From the NCBI RefSeq assembly GCF_009914755.1, contig NC_060935.1: a DNA stretch of 64,000 nt. One strand, given 5' to 3'. A program made the translations under genes and the position numbers. This stretch comes from the human T2T-CHM13v2.0 reference genome, Homo sapiens. A model generated the notes under the pieces. The model searched no databases. It saw only the letters and a program-made list of their open reading frames with translations, and was not told the origin of the DNA. Within the stretch, counting starts at the first letter, position 1. Each line of letters opens with the position of its first letter. Below are positions 39,233-64,000 of this stretch, one piece after another.

Positions 39233-39319
39233 TCAAATTAACATTTTCAGGTCACAACAATAAGTCTTCCCAAAGGGGACCTTCCGGAAAAATAAGCTAT
39301 TTCCTCGGCTCATATTCCC
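39233..39319 (-). CDS. MTCH2: MTCH2 exon 13 (last coding exon)
   Basis: ttttccag|GGG AAT ATG...; GNMSRGNSLFFRKVPFGKTYCCDLKMLI, stop TGA. Confidence 0.96.
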   Translation of the reverse strand, partial: GNMSRGNSLFFRKVPFGKTYCCDLKMLI

Positions 39320-39631
39320 CTGGAAAACAAAACAAAACAAAACACAAATAATATCTAGCGAGATGAGATCAGCCAATCCAAATCAGCAGAGAGGTCCAAT
39401 TGGGAGACGTGACTAAATCTAGGACAAAACTGGGACTATCACTACAGAACAAGGATTAGTATTCTCTGAAAGGCTGAGCTACTATGAACTAACTACAATT
39501 TCTCCTTATTAAGTTCTTACTCTGGGCAGACAGAACGCCCAGGTTGGATTCTGGCTTTGCCACTTTCCAGCTGGCTTAGCAAATGAGTCATGTAGAACAG
39601 TGCCTAACATTCAGTAAGTGCTAGCTTTCAT

Positions 39632-39935
39632 TTATTTCTTTGTTTTTCTTTTTTGAGATGGAGTCTCGCTCTGTTGCCCAGGCTGTAGTGCAGTGGTGCA
39701 ATCTCGGCTCACTGCAACCTCTGCCTCCCAGGTTCAAGTGATTCTCCTGCCTCAGCCTCCTAAGTAGCTGGGAAAGGAACGCGCCACCGTGCCTGGCTAA
39801 TTTTTGTACTTTTAGTGGAGGTGGGGTTTCACCATATTGGCCAGGCTGGTCTCAAACTCCTGACCTCAAGTGATCCGCCTATCTTGGCCTCCCAAAAGTG
39901 CAGGGATTACGGGTGTGATCCACCATACCCGGCCT
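39632..39935 (-). mobile_element. AluS
   Basis: Reverse Alu consensus. Confidence 0.9.
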
Positions 39936-40007
39936 ATTTATTTCTTAATGAAATGAAATCATGTTTCTAAGGACTACTTATAAAATCTTATAATCAAAGT
40001 AATAACA

Positions 40008-41085
40008 ACCTGGACAACATAGCAAGACCCCATCTCTACAAGAAATTAAAAAATTAAAGGCCGGGTGTGATGGTTCACACCGGTAATCCTAGCACTTTGA
40101 GAGACCAAGGCAGGAGGATCACTTGAGCTCAGGAATTTGAGACCAGCCTGCACAACATGGCAAAACCCCGTTGCTACAAAAAATACAAAAAATTGGGCAG
40201 ACATGGTGGCTCACGCCTGTAATCTCAGCACTTTGGGAGGCTGAGGCAGGCAGATCACCTGAGGTCAGGAGTTCGAGACCAGCCTGACTAACATAGTGAA
40301 ACCCCATCTCTACTAAAAATACAAAAATTAGCCGGGCGTAGTGGCGGACACCTGTAATCCCAGCTACTCAGGAGGCTGAGGCAGGGGAATTGCTTGAACC
40401 TGGGAGGTGAAGGTTGCAGTGAGCCAAGATCGTGCTATTGCACTCTAGCCTGGATGACAGAGCAAGCCTCCGTCTCAAACAAAACAAAACAAAACAAAAC
40501 AAAAAAACAAACAAACAAAAAACAAAAAACAGGGGTGAGGGGGGAGGGATAGCATTAGGAGATATACCTAATGCTAAATGATGAGTTAATGGGTGCAGCA
40601 CACCAACACGGCACATGTATACATATGTAACAAACCTGCACGTTGTGCACATGTACCCTAAAACTTAAAAGTATAATAATAATAAAATTAAAAAAAACAA
40701 AAAACAAAAAACAAAAAAATGAGCTGGGCTTAGCGGTATGTGCCTGTAGTCCAAGCTACCTGGGATGCTGAGGTGGGACGATCACTTGAGCCAGAGACCT
40801 CAGCCAGGAGGCAGAGGTTGCAGTGAGCCAATACCATGCCACTGCACTCCAGCCTGGGTGACAGAGTGAGACCCTGTCTCAAAAACAAAACAAAACAAAA
40901 AAATTAACAGGACATGGTGGAAGCATGCCTGTAGTCCTAGCTACTTGGGAGGCTGAGGTAGGAGGATTGCTTTACCCCAGGAGTTTGAGGCTACAGTGAG
41001 TTGTGATGCCACCACTGCACACCAGCCTGGGCGACAGAGCTTGTCTCTAAAAAATAAAGAACCAAATAAGTAAATAAAAATAAAG
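40008..41085 (+). mobile_element. Multiply nested Alus
   Basis: Split Alu arms enclosing inner elements. Confidence 0.8.
40531..40698 (+). mobile_element. 5'-truncated L1PA (PA3/PA4-like) 3' end
   Basis: GGGAGGGATAGCATTAGGAGATATACCTAATG...CCTGCACGTTGTGCACATGTACCCTAAAACTTAAAAGTATAATAAT plus A tail. Confidence 0.92.
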
Positions 41086-41786
41086 TAATAATGTTCTGAG
41101 TGCAACTGAGTACACTCTGGAGTATAAATCTGAGCCTTCCCAAATATAGGCCATGTGACCTTGCATTATGTAATTGGCACTAAACTGCTCTAAGCCCCAG
41201 TTTCTTCATATGTGAAATGGGTGATTAAGAATGACACCTATTCTCACACAGCTGTTTTGAGGATTACATGAGCTGATGTAAGAAAAGCTCTTAGCATGAT
41301 ATCTGGTATACAGTAAATGCCCAATCAAGATTTGCTGTTGTTGTAAGCACCTACAGGAACAACTGTTCCTACTTTAAGTGTGTTTGACACCGTAATCCAT
41401 TCTCTGTCTGCTTTCTTCCTATAACAGAGTGTTAGTCAGAAAAGGAAGGAAGGAAAGGCCATTTTTTCCATTTAAACAGGGACCACACTGTACAATAGAG
41501 AGTAAAACTCAGAATGAAATGCACAATGTTCATAGTAGGTCTGTACTGAAATCATTCAAGTATTCAAGCTTGGATTCACAGAGGGGCTTTGTGGGCACAC
41601 TAAGCAAGAGCAACTACAAACAACACTTAGGCCTTTTCATTCAGATTTCAAAGGCCTTTCTCTTATATATCACTAGTGCTATAAAATAATGCAACAAAGA
41701 GCTTCTTTATACGCTTTCTTCTACAATCTTTTAAGAAGTGGACCCCCCTTCAAAAACAGCTTTAAACTGATAATCATTTTAAGTGA

Positions 41787-42562
<776 letters not shown>

Positions 42563-43099
42563 CATTATTTTATTTTCCAATAAAGCTTTGCCTAGATAAT
42601 AAATAATTTTTTGTTGCAGATTATACACCTCATAGTAATAACAAACCCTAAATTGGTATCTAGGCAAAATCATCCACTAACAAGACTCTAGAAGTATAAG
42701 ACCAGCTCTGTCAATACCACTGTGACAAATAAGTGGTTATGAAAGGTGAGTTTGGGGGAAAAAAAGAGTCTAAAATCAAGGCCATCATTTTACCAGGATA
42801 ATAATCTACCTGGATCGTATTTGTAAGTTGAATGTGGGCACTCAAATGGCTTCTAGGTCTCATCTAGGGATTCTTTCTTCTTCATTACTCCTGCTCATGA
42901 TTTCTAAACATCACATTTTACTATTATGCCAAAGTGAAAACACAGAACACTGTAAAGTGTACATTAACTGGCAGACTAGACTAACTCTAGCTAAAGTGAG
43001 CTACAAGAGTTAACTTGGGATTCCAGAGACAATATTTAAGAAAACAAATAAATAAAAATAAAACAAAATAAAATGAGAGAGACAGAGAAAAAGAAATAC

Positions 43100-43175
43100 C
43101 TCTTTTTGTAGCATGCACCAACAGTCTATCCAAGACGTATATATTGGGGAGTAAGGAGGGCATCCACCAGCAAGA
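43100..43175 (-). CDS. MTCH2: MTCH2 exon 12
   Basis: ttttag|T CTT...GAG|gtattt; LAGGCPPYSPIYTSWIDCWCMLQKE. Confidence 0.96.
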
Positions 43176-43471
43176 CTAAAATAGAAAAAAACATGGAGCT
43201 ATTCATGTTAATATTAACCATTCTCTTGAGACGTTGATAAACCTTGTCAAAATATTCTGCTGCACAGAAGATTCCCTGAGAGATCATTTTAGTTCAATGA
43301 AACAAATCATATTGAAGCAGGGGAACGATCAAGCATCCAAAAGAGAATTCCTCCCCTATATTTAGGTTTCAAATAAATAAATAAACATAAACTTCAACCT
43401 TAATTTCTAAAACATTTAGACTTTTCCTTTGTGGACAAATGAAACTCCAGAACACAGCATTTACATGATTA

Positions 43472-45860
<2,389 letters not shown>

Positions 45861-46071
45861 CAAATTGAGGCTGCTGCTGCATAGGGCATACAAAGAAAAA
45901 AATTAGGAATCTTCTAATGGTATCAATTATACTTTTCCTCCCCCCCTTTTTAAAAAAATACCAATCAGAGATTGATACTGATCATTCATCTTTCCTAAAT
46001 TTCTACAAGGCTGCTCCGCCTGTCAGCATACAGTCAACCACCTACTAGAATAAGAAATACAAAGTGCTTAC

Positions 46072-46139
46072 CCACAGTTGTTGACAGCCATAAGATTGGA
46101 GACAAGCACAAAGGGATAGGTCAACATACTCGCAAAAAA
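46072..46139 (-). CDS. MTCH2: MTCH2 exon 11
   Basis: tttacag|TTT...TGT GG|gtaagc; FFASMLTYPFVLVSNLMAVNNC(G). Confidence 0.96.
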
Positions 46140-46427
46140 CTGTAAAATGGAAACAAGGCAGCTGTTATTAGATCATTCCTAGTCTTTATTCTCCTTTCCT
46201 TTACCTTAAAGGCCTAGTGCCACTGCGGTGAGACACTCTAACACTTGTCTCGCTTCATCGGTACCCTGGAAAGACAACAGTTACAGTTTTGAGCCTGGAG
46301 ATGCTTCTTCCTCTTAGCACACCACTGCATCCAACATTTTAACAAAAGGCCAGAAGAATTCTCTGATCCTGAGTAGCTGGGACTATAGGCGCACGCCACC
46401 ATACCCAACTACTTTTTTTTTTTTTGA

Positions 46428-46908
<481 letters not shown>

Positions 46909-47008
46909 TGAAAGCTAAGCAGTACCAAACCATGCAGGATGTGAGGCAGGGGTTCTGCCTTACTCTCTTTATTTTCACATGTGAGTCTGTGGTTCCTTCG
47001 AAAACTGA

Positions 47009-47368
<360 letters not shown>

Positions 47369-47477
47369 TGAGACATCTGGTTATCTTAAAGCAGTGATGA
47401 CACAAGCCAGATTTAAAAGGAAAACAAAACAAAACACAACTATTCCTAGAAGGTTAAAAGGATTTTAAAAAACTCAC

Positions 47478-47525
47478 TCCTGTGACAGCTTGAGAATAAC
47501 TCTTCATTTCATTCATGGTAGAAAC
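47478..47525 (-). CDS. MTCH2: MTCH2 exon 10
   Basis: ttttag|GTT...GGA|gtgagt; VSTMNEMKSYSQAVTG. Confidence 0.96.
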
Positions 47526-47737
47526 CTAAAATAGGAAAAGAGCCTTAAATTAATTACCTACAACACTACAACACATCAATATATTCTTTTTTCCTTTTCT
47601 TTTCTTTTCTTTTTTTCTTTCAGACAGTGCCTCACTCTGTCACCCAGGCTGAAGTGCAGTGACCTCCTGAAGCACACATCACCACGCCCAGCTAATTTCA
47701 AAATATTTTTTAAGAAATGGTGTCTTTTTTTTTTTGA

Positions 47738-47995
<258 letters not shown>

Positions 47996-48922
47996 TAAAT
48001 TATCAGTTTGACAGCTTGAAAATTAATTTTTTTTTTTTTTTTGAGACAGGATCTCATCTCTCTTGTTGCCCAGGCTGGAGGTGCAGTGAGCTGTGATCTC
48101 ACAACCTTGACCTCCTGGGCTCAAGTGACCCTCCCACTTCAGCCTCCCAAAGTGTTGGGATTACAGCATGAGCCACCACACCTGTCTAAAACTAATTTTG
48201 AGGACAAAACCATAAAACACTGATTATTAGAATAATAAGGCAGTGGTCAAAATGATCAACCTGATTCAATATTAACAGACAAATTCATATTATACTAAAA
48301 TGCTTTAGGGACGAATGTAAAAGGATTTCAAATACTAAAGAAAATGAGATTGATAACCTTTTCACACATCCTAGAAATACAGTCCCTGGAAAACCACATT
48401 TATAGTATATCTAAGGGACAATTCACTACCTTTGTTTTACACAGCTAGCTTTCTACCAGATGCGTTGAAGAAAATCCCTCTCTGTACTCAAGAGGTTTAC
48501 AACATGGATTTAGTCATATACCCTGTGATGTGTTCAATTTATCATCATGCTATGGAGCTGCCGACATACAAGAGGCCCCACAACTGCTGAGATAAGAAAG
48601 ACAACTTCTAGATAAGACTGATTCTCAAAAGGCTGAGGTTTCTAGAAAGCCCAATACAGGCACCCTCTTAAGTCCAGATTAGATGAAAAGCCCCCGATAC
48701 ACCATAAAGATGTCCTGCTTTCCCAGGTTCTCTCAAGTTAAGTATCAGTAAAGAAGTGATCTCTTTAAAGCCCTGAAGTAACACAGGGCTAAGTCTCTTG
48801 GGTATACTCTGTCACATCTTACGGACTTTTAACGTGTATCGTTCTACAGTAAACAGTATCGTTCTACAGTGAACAGTATGCTCATTTCATTAGCATTTGA
48901 AAATTTGACTGATAATTTTTAG

Positions 48923-49285
<363 letters not shown>

Positions 49286-49350
49286 TAAAAGCTAATCTAG
49301 CTGCCAGATTAAAGCCAAGGTGAGCACATCTCACGAAGGTCACAACCTAC

Positions 49351-49444
49351 CCCACTGTCCAGTGCATAGGTATTGACGAGGTAGGCCAGTGAGTTACACA
49401 GCCACAAAGAAAGGATGTCACCTAGAAGGCGAGGAACAAGACCC
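49351..49444 (-). CDS. MTCH2: MTCH2 exon 9
   Basis: atgtag|G GGT CTT...GGG|gtaggt; GLVPRLLGDILSLWLCNSLAYLVNTYALDSG. Confidence 0.96.
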
Positions 49445-50300
49445 CTACATGAAGAAACAATAAAAATAAGAACCAAAAAATGTGATCAGTAACATGACAG
49501 GCTCTTCAGTACAAATGTTTGTCAAATAATTAGAGGTCACAAAACATTCTAGGGAAGTAAAAAAGGAATCAAACACCAGAATCCAGCCCGCATACCTAGT
49601 TCATTCTCGTTAACACAGCTGTACTTGAAGCTGATCTCCAGTGACTTTTGTTCCTATGTTTAAAATGCAGGTCGGCTATACCCTCAGTGGCTCACCTTAC
49701 TATTCATAACTGTAAGCAGGGAGGCAAAAGATTTGCGAGGTGCTTTGCAGAAGAGACTTAAATATTGTTTTGCTTTGACTAGCTTAAAAAAATGATTTTG
49801 CTAAGCTATCTGATATTCATATTTGGCAGAGCAAAAGACGAGAAAAATTACAAAGCAAGAATGGTCCCAAGTACAGATACAGATGAGAGGCATCAAAAAC
49901 CACATTTCTAGGGTCTGGGTGACCTAGGTGAGGCAGCATGGAATAGTGGGAAGAGCATTTCCCCACGGATTGAAGACCAGCTTCAAATGCCAGCTCCAGC
50001 ACTCAGCAGCGATGTGACAGGCAGCAGATGAAACTCTCAGAGCATCAATGTTTTTTAATCTCTAAAGTGATACTAATTATAGCTGTCCTGCCTATCTCAC
50101 AGGGTATTTATGATATTCAAAATCCGTATGGGGAGATACTCTGAAAATTAAAAAAAAAAAAACAAAAAACACCATTTCGGTAATGATGCAAAATTTTTCC
50201 TCATAGAAGAATGAGGGTAGTAGTCTAAGTTCTTCCAAAGTAAATTCAAGCCTTGCAAAAACTTACTCTTTTACGGTAAGGAAAATACAAGTTAAGATGA

Positions 50301-50714
<414 letters not shown>

Positions 50715-50952
50715 TAACTATCTAGAAGTAAAGGTTTGGGATCTTTACAAGATAATTCTAGTCATATGGGGCCTAAATATGCCTTTCTGCAGAGAAAAAA
50801 GAAAAAAAAATAAGGGGCCTAAATAGAATGTAACGTGAGGTAAGCCCAGGGAGTACGTTTTCCCCAAGGATTAAACAAAGACTCACTATTCTTACTTTCA
50901 GAAAACGTTTCCCACTCATGCAAAAATTACACACTAATCAACATTTACTCAC

Positions 50953-51012
50953 GCGAAAAATCCTAGAATGCCCTCTTCCCGATAGATGGTTATTATGGAA
51001 TCACAAAGTCCA
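50953..51012 (-). CDS. MTCH2: MTCH2 exon 8
   Basis: acgtag|T GGA...TTC GC|gtgagt; GLCDSIITIYREEGILGFF(A). Confidence 0.96.
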
Positions 51013-51433
51013 CTACGTACACAAGAAGAAAAGGTAAAATATATTAAGATTCTTTTGGAGCTATAAACAAAATAATTTCAATTATCACATTGGACAAGGT
51101 CAAATCCACGACCTCCTTCCCTCACACTTTTCTAGCACTCTCTCACTCTGCAAAGATAGCTAAATTTGGAGATAGAAGTGAAAATATTAACTACCTAGGG
51201 GTATAGTCATATGGAGTCAGGGGCTCTGCAACTTACTCTGAAATCCTACGTAGGCTACTAAACCTGCCTGGGTATATTTTCTCCCATTTTATTGTTTTTT
51301 GTGCAGATCAAATGACATCAGATACGAATTTGTTCTACAAATTGTAAGGGTATCATAAAAATACAAAGTAGTATTATTCTAGTACTTTGGCTTCAAAAGA
51401 TCTCCTTGAGTATGTGAAAACAAAAATACTTAC

Positions 51434-51485
51434 CAGTACTTGGATTCTCTGCCAATGAACTGTACCATAGATCTCAGAGTGATCA
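51434..51485 (-). CDS. MTCH2: MTCH2 exon 7
   Basis: ccacag|TG ATC...TAC TG|gtaagt; (V)ITLRSMVQFIGRESKY(C). Confidence 0.96.
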
Positions 51486-51524
51486 CTGTGGAATATAGAG
51501 AAAAGATGTTTACAACTATGTTAA

Positions 51525-51842
<318 letters not shown>

Positions 51843-52051
51843 TTAAGATAGATTTTGATAGCCCTGGGAAAAAAAAAGATTTTCCACCTAAAGACATTTT
51901 GCTATCTGGATAAATTGGATAAAAGCCAAAACAAGCAAGCAAACAAAAACATGCAGGCAAGGCATTTTAGTCAACTCCCACGTCAACCTATCTAAGTGGT
52001 CAGGAGAGATCAGGTTATAAAAGAAAGGTCAGTTGTCAACTGCAAACATAC

Positions 52052-52109
52052 CATGGAAGGGATGTGTGATGAGGGTAGCAGCAGAACGAGCGATCATCTC
52101 TCGAGTTGT
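52052..52109 (-). CDS. MTCH2: MTCH2 exon 6
   Basis: tttctag|ACA...CAT G|gtatgt; TTREMIARSAATLITHPFH. Confidence 0.96.
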
Positions 52110-52697
52110 CTAGAAACAATCAACACACACTTCTGAAATCTAAACAAATGACACTCAAATGCCTGTGAGAAGGAATGTGGGTGGATATCGTGGTATAGGA
52201 TAAGAAAGTGAATGACACAGCCCTCCTGCCCTGGCTGGAGTCAAGAAGAGTTTGAATGGGATGTGAAAGATCTCATTCATTGTCATTTTATCATACTTTT
52301 CACTCATGGATCTCAATGTTCTATTATAGTTACTTCTCAAAATTTCTCTGCAAAGCAGGCTTCTGTTGTTTTCTCAATTTTACAGGTAAGAGAAAAAAAT
52401 AAAGAAACAGGAAAGGTCACCAACAAAGTCATTAAGCTGAAATAAAAAATATGAGGCCTTTATTGAGATTATTAAGTTGCTCTCTTATTGGTAAGTGATT
52501 TTGGAGAGTCTGACATCATTCTAGATAAATGACAGGCTCCATTTAGTCTCTACTCACATTTTTGGGAGAAGAGAACAATTTTGTTTTGTGACTACAACCC
52601 AGTAACTGTGCAGTATCTTAGAGCTGCTGTGTTTTTCCTAGTTTATCTTTCTACTCTAGGGCTCTGTAAGGAAGTAATAAAGAAAATTAAATTATAA

Positions 52698-54788
<2,091 letters not shown>

Positions 54789-55080
54789 TATTTTAACACT
54801 TTTATTCCTGAGGTTTTCAACACTATTAGAAGACTTTCAGTATTCTAAAGACGGAATGTGTGGGCAAAATGAGTTTTCTTGAAATGCATCTATTCTGAAC
54901 AGCAAGCACTGATCCTCTCTCTTTTTAATGTTATACATGTAGTAAAGCCCAAATTAATTTGAAGGTTTAATTTCATTTGGGAACAGACACTGAACACACA
55001 GGCCTGATGATTCTGATTCCATAGTTGCAACACCACAGTTTGATCTGGGCAAACAGCACAGGATGTAATTCATCTCTTAC

Positions 55081-55787
<707 letters not shown>

Positions 55788-55953
55788 TGATGGTTTCAAA
55801 CAGAACTGTCCAAACTGGTGGCCACCCCATAGGACAACACTCACTGAGATGAATAGGAGACTGACTACTTGGCTTTTCTCCAAAAGAGGCCCCAAAAGCA
55901 GTAACAACTTGCAAGGGAAAGGCCCTCATGCTTAGAAATCAGCTCCAACATAC

Positions 55954-55980
55954 CTCACCCTTGTCACTCTCCTGGTAATG
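55954..55980 (-). CDS. MTCH2: MTCH2 exon 4 (27-nt microexon)
   Basis: tttctatag|CAT TAC CAG GAG AGT GAC AAG GGT GAG|gtatgt; HYQESDKGE. Confidence 0.95.
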
Positions 55981-56254
55981 CTATAGAAAAAAAGAAAAAG
56001 GATGATTAGGGTTATTACAGTGTCATGTGAAAGAAGACATAAAATGAAAACTCTACTGACAGAAAGTAAATTAGCTGAAGTTTTTTTTAAAGTTTTTGTT
56101 TTTTTTTTTAAGCTGCAAATCTTCAGTTAACTTCTACTCATTAATCAACTGGAAATATGGATCTCCAAGATAAACTTGTTGCTAAGTTTAACATATTGGT
56201 CAGTTGGAAGAAAAGCAAATGGTCATGAAAACTCTTCTTTGAAAAAAGAAAAGG

Positions 56255-63526
<7,272 letters not shown>

Positions 63527-63658
63527 GAAAGTGTTTTTCAAGAGGAAGAAAGGACAGGGTTATAAATGTATCTTTTAAATTGCTCTTGATATTTAGAACA
63601 AACTATGCATAACAGGTAAGCAACATCTATGGGAAGATTGATTTAATTTTCCTCTTAC

Positions 63659-63765
63659 CTGTAAAACTTTACCATGGACCACAGTTCCAAGGACTCCCGA
63701 ACACAGTCTTGGAGTTAAGCCTGTGAACAACCCGCGCCTCCCATCGATACTGGCAATGTGCTGAG
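63659..63765 (-). CDS. MTCH2: MTCH2 exon 3
   Basis: ttcttag|CT CAG...CAG|gtaaga; (A)QHIASIDGRRGLFTGLTPRLCSGVLGTVVHGKVLQ; 107 nt. Confidence 0.97.
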
Positions 63766-63926
63766 CTAAGAACACAAGTCAGAGATGTTGTCAAGTTCTG
63801 GTCAAGAGAAATGGATATACTACAATTTCAAAGAAACAAGCTTTCTATATATTTTCTTTCAATAACAACTCCTGCCTATCACAGTCCTCAACGTCATGCA
63901 AACCCAAATAAATCAAAGGCACTTAC

Positions 63927-64000
63927 CATAACTAAAGAGACCAGGAAGCTGACACACTTGCCGCCCAAAAATATTTCGTCCTATTGTTGGAGGAAGAGGC
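63927..64000 (-). CDS. MTCH2: Mitochondrial carrier homolog 2, exon 2 (truncated by window edge)
   Basis: PLPPTIGRNIFGRQVCQLPGLFSY then G|gtaagt. Confidence 0.96.

Overview
Human (primate) genomic DNA, recognisable from the translated exons as the chr11p11.2 cluster. It contains NDUFS3 exons 3-7 (+), complete FAM180B (+, 3 coding exons, 183 aa), complete C1QTNF4 (-, one coding exon of 329 aa plus a candidate non-coding first exon in a CpG island), and MTCH2 exon 2 (partial) to exon 13 with its 3' UTR (-). All listed coding exon boundaries were checked by hand for GT-AG and frame. The rest is extremely Alu-rich (roughly 80-100 Alu pieces by eye), with older MIR, L1M, L3/CR1, MLT1 and MER remnants, a short L1PA 3' end and a Y3 RNA pseudogene. 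Almost all other entries in the ORF track are Alu-derived or antisense shadows. I found no evidence for a wholly new multi-gene system. The best leads are regulatory or isoform-level: (1) a compact DR1 + AP-1 + TATA module pointing antisense into C1QTNF4; (2) an in-frame alternative MTCH2 last exon inside an ancient CR1/L3-like remnant; (3) a candidate MTCH2 poison exon; (4) a splice donor or recursive-type site in the MTCH2 3' UTR; (5) the MTCH2 double stop-readthrough frame; (6) a 27-nt MTCH2 microexon bracketed by inverted Alus; (7) MTCH2 intron 3 apparently longer than I recall for the primary reference. Repeat boundaries and subfamilies are by-eye estimates.
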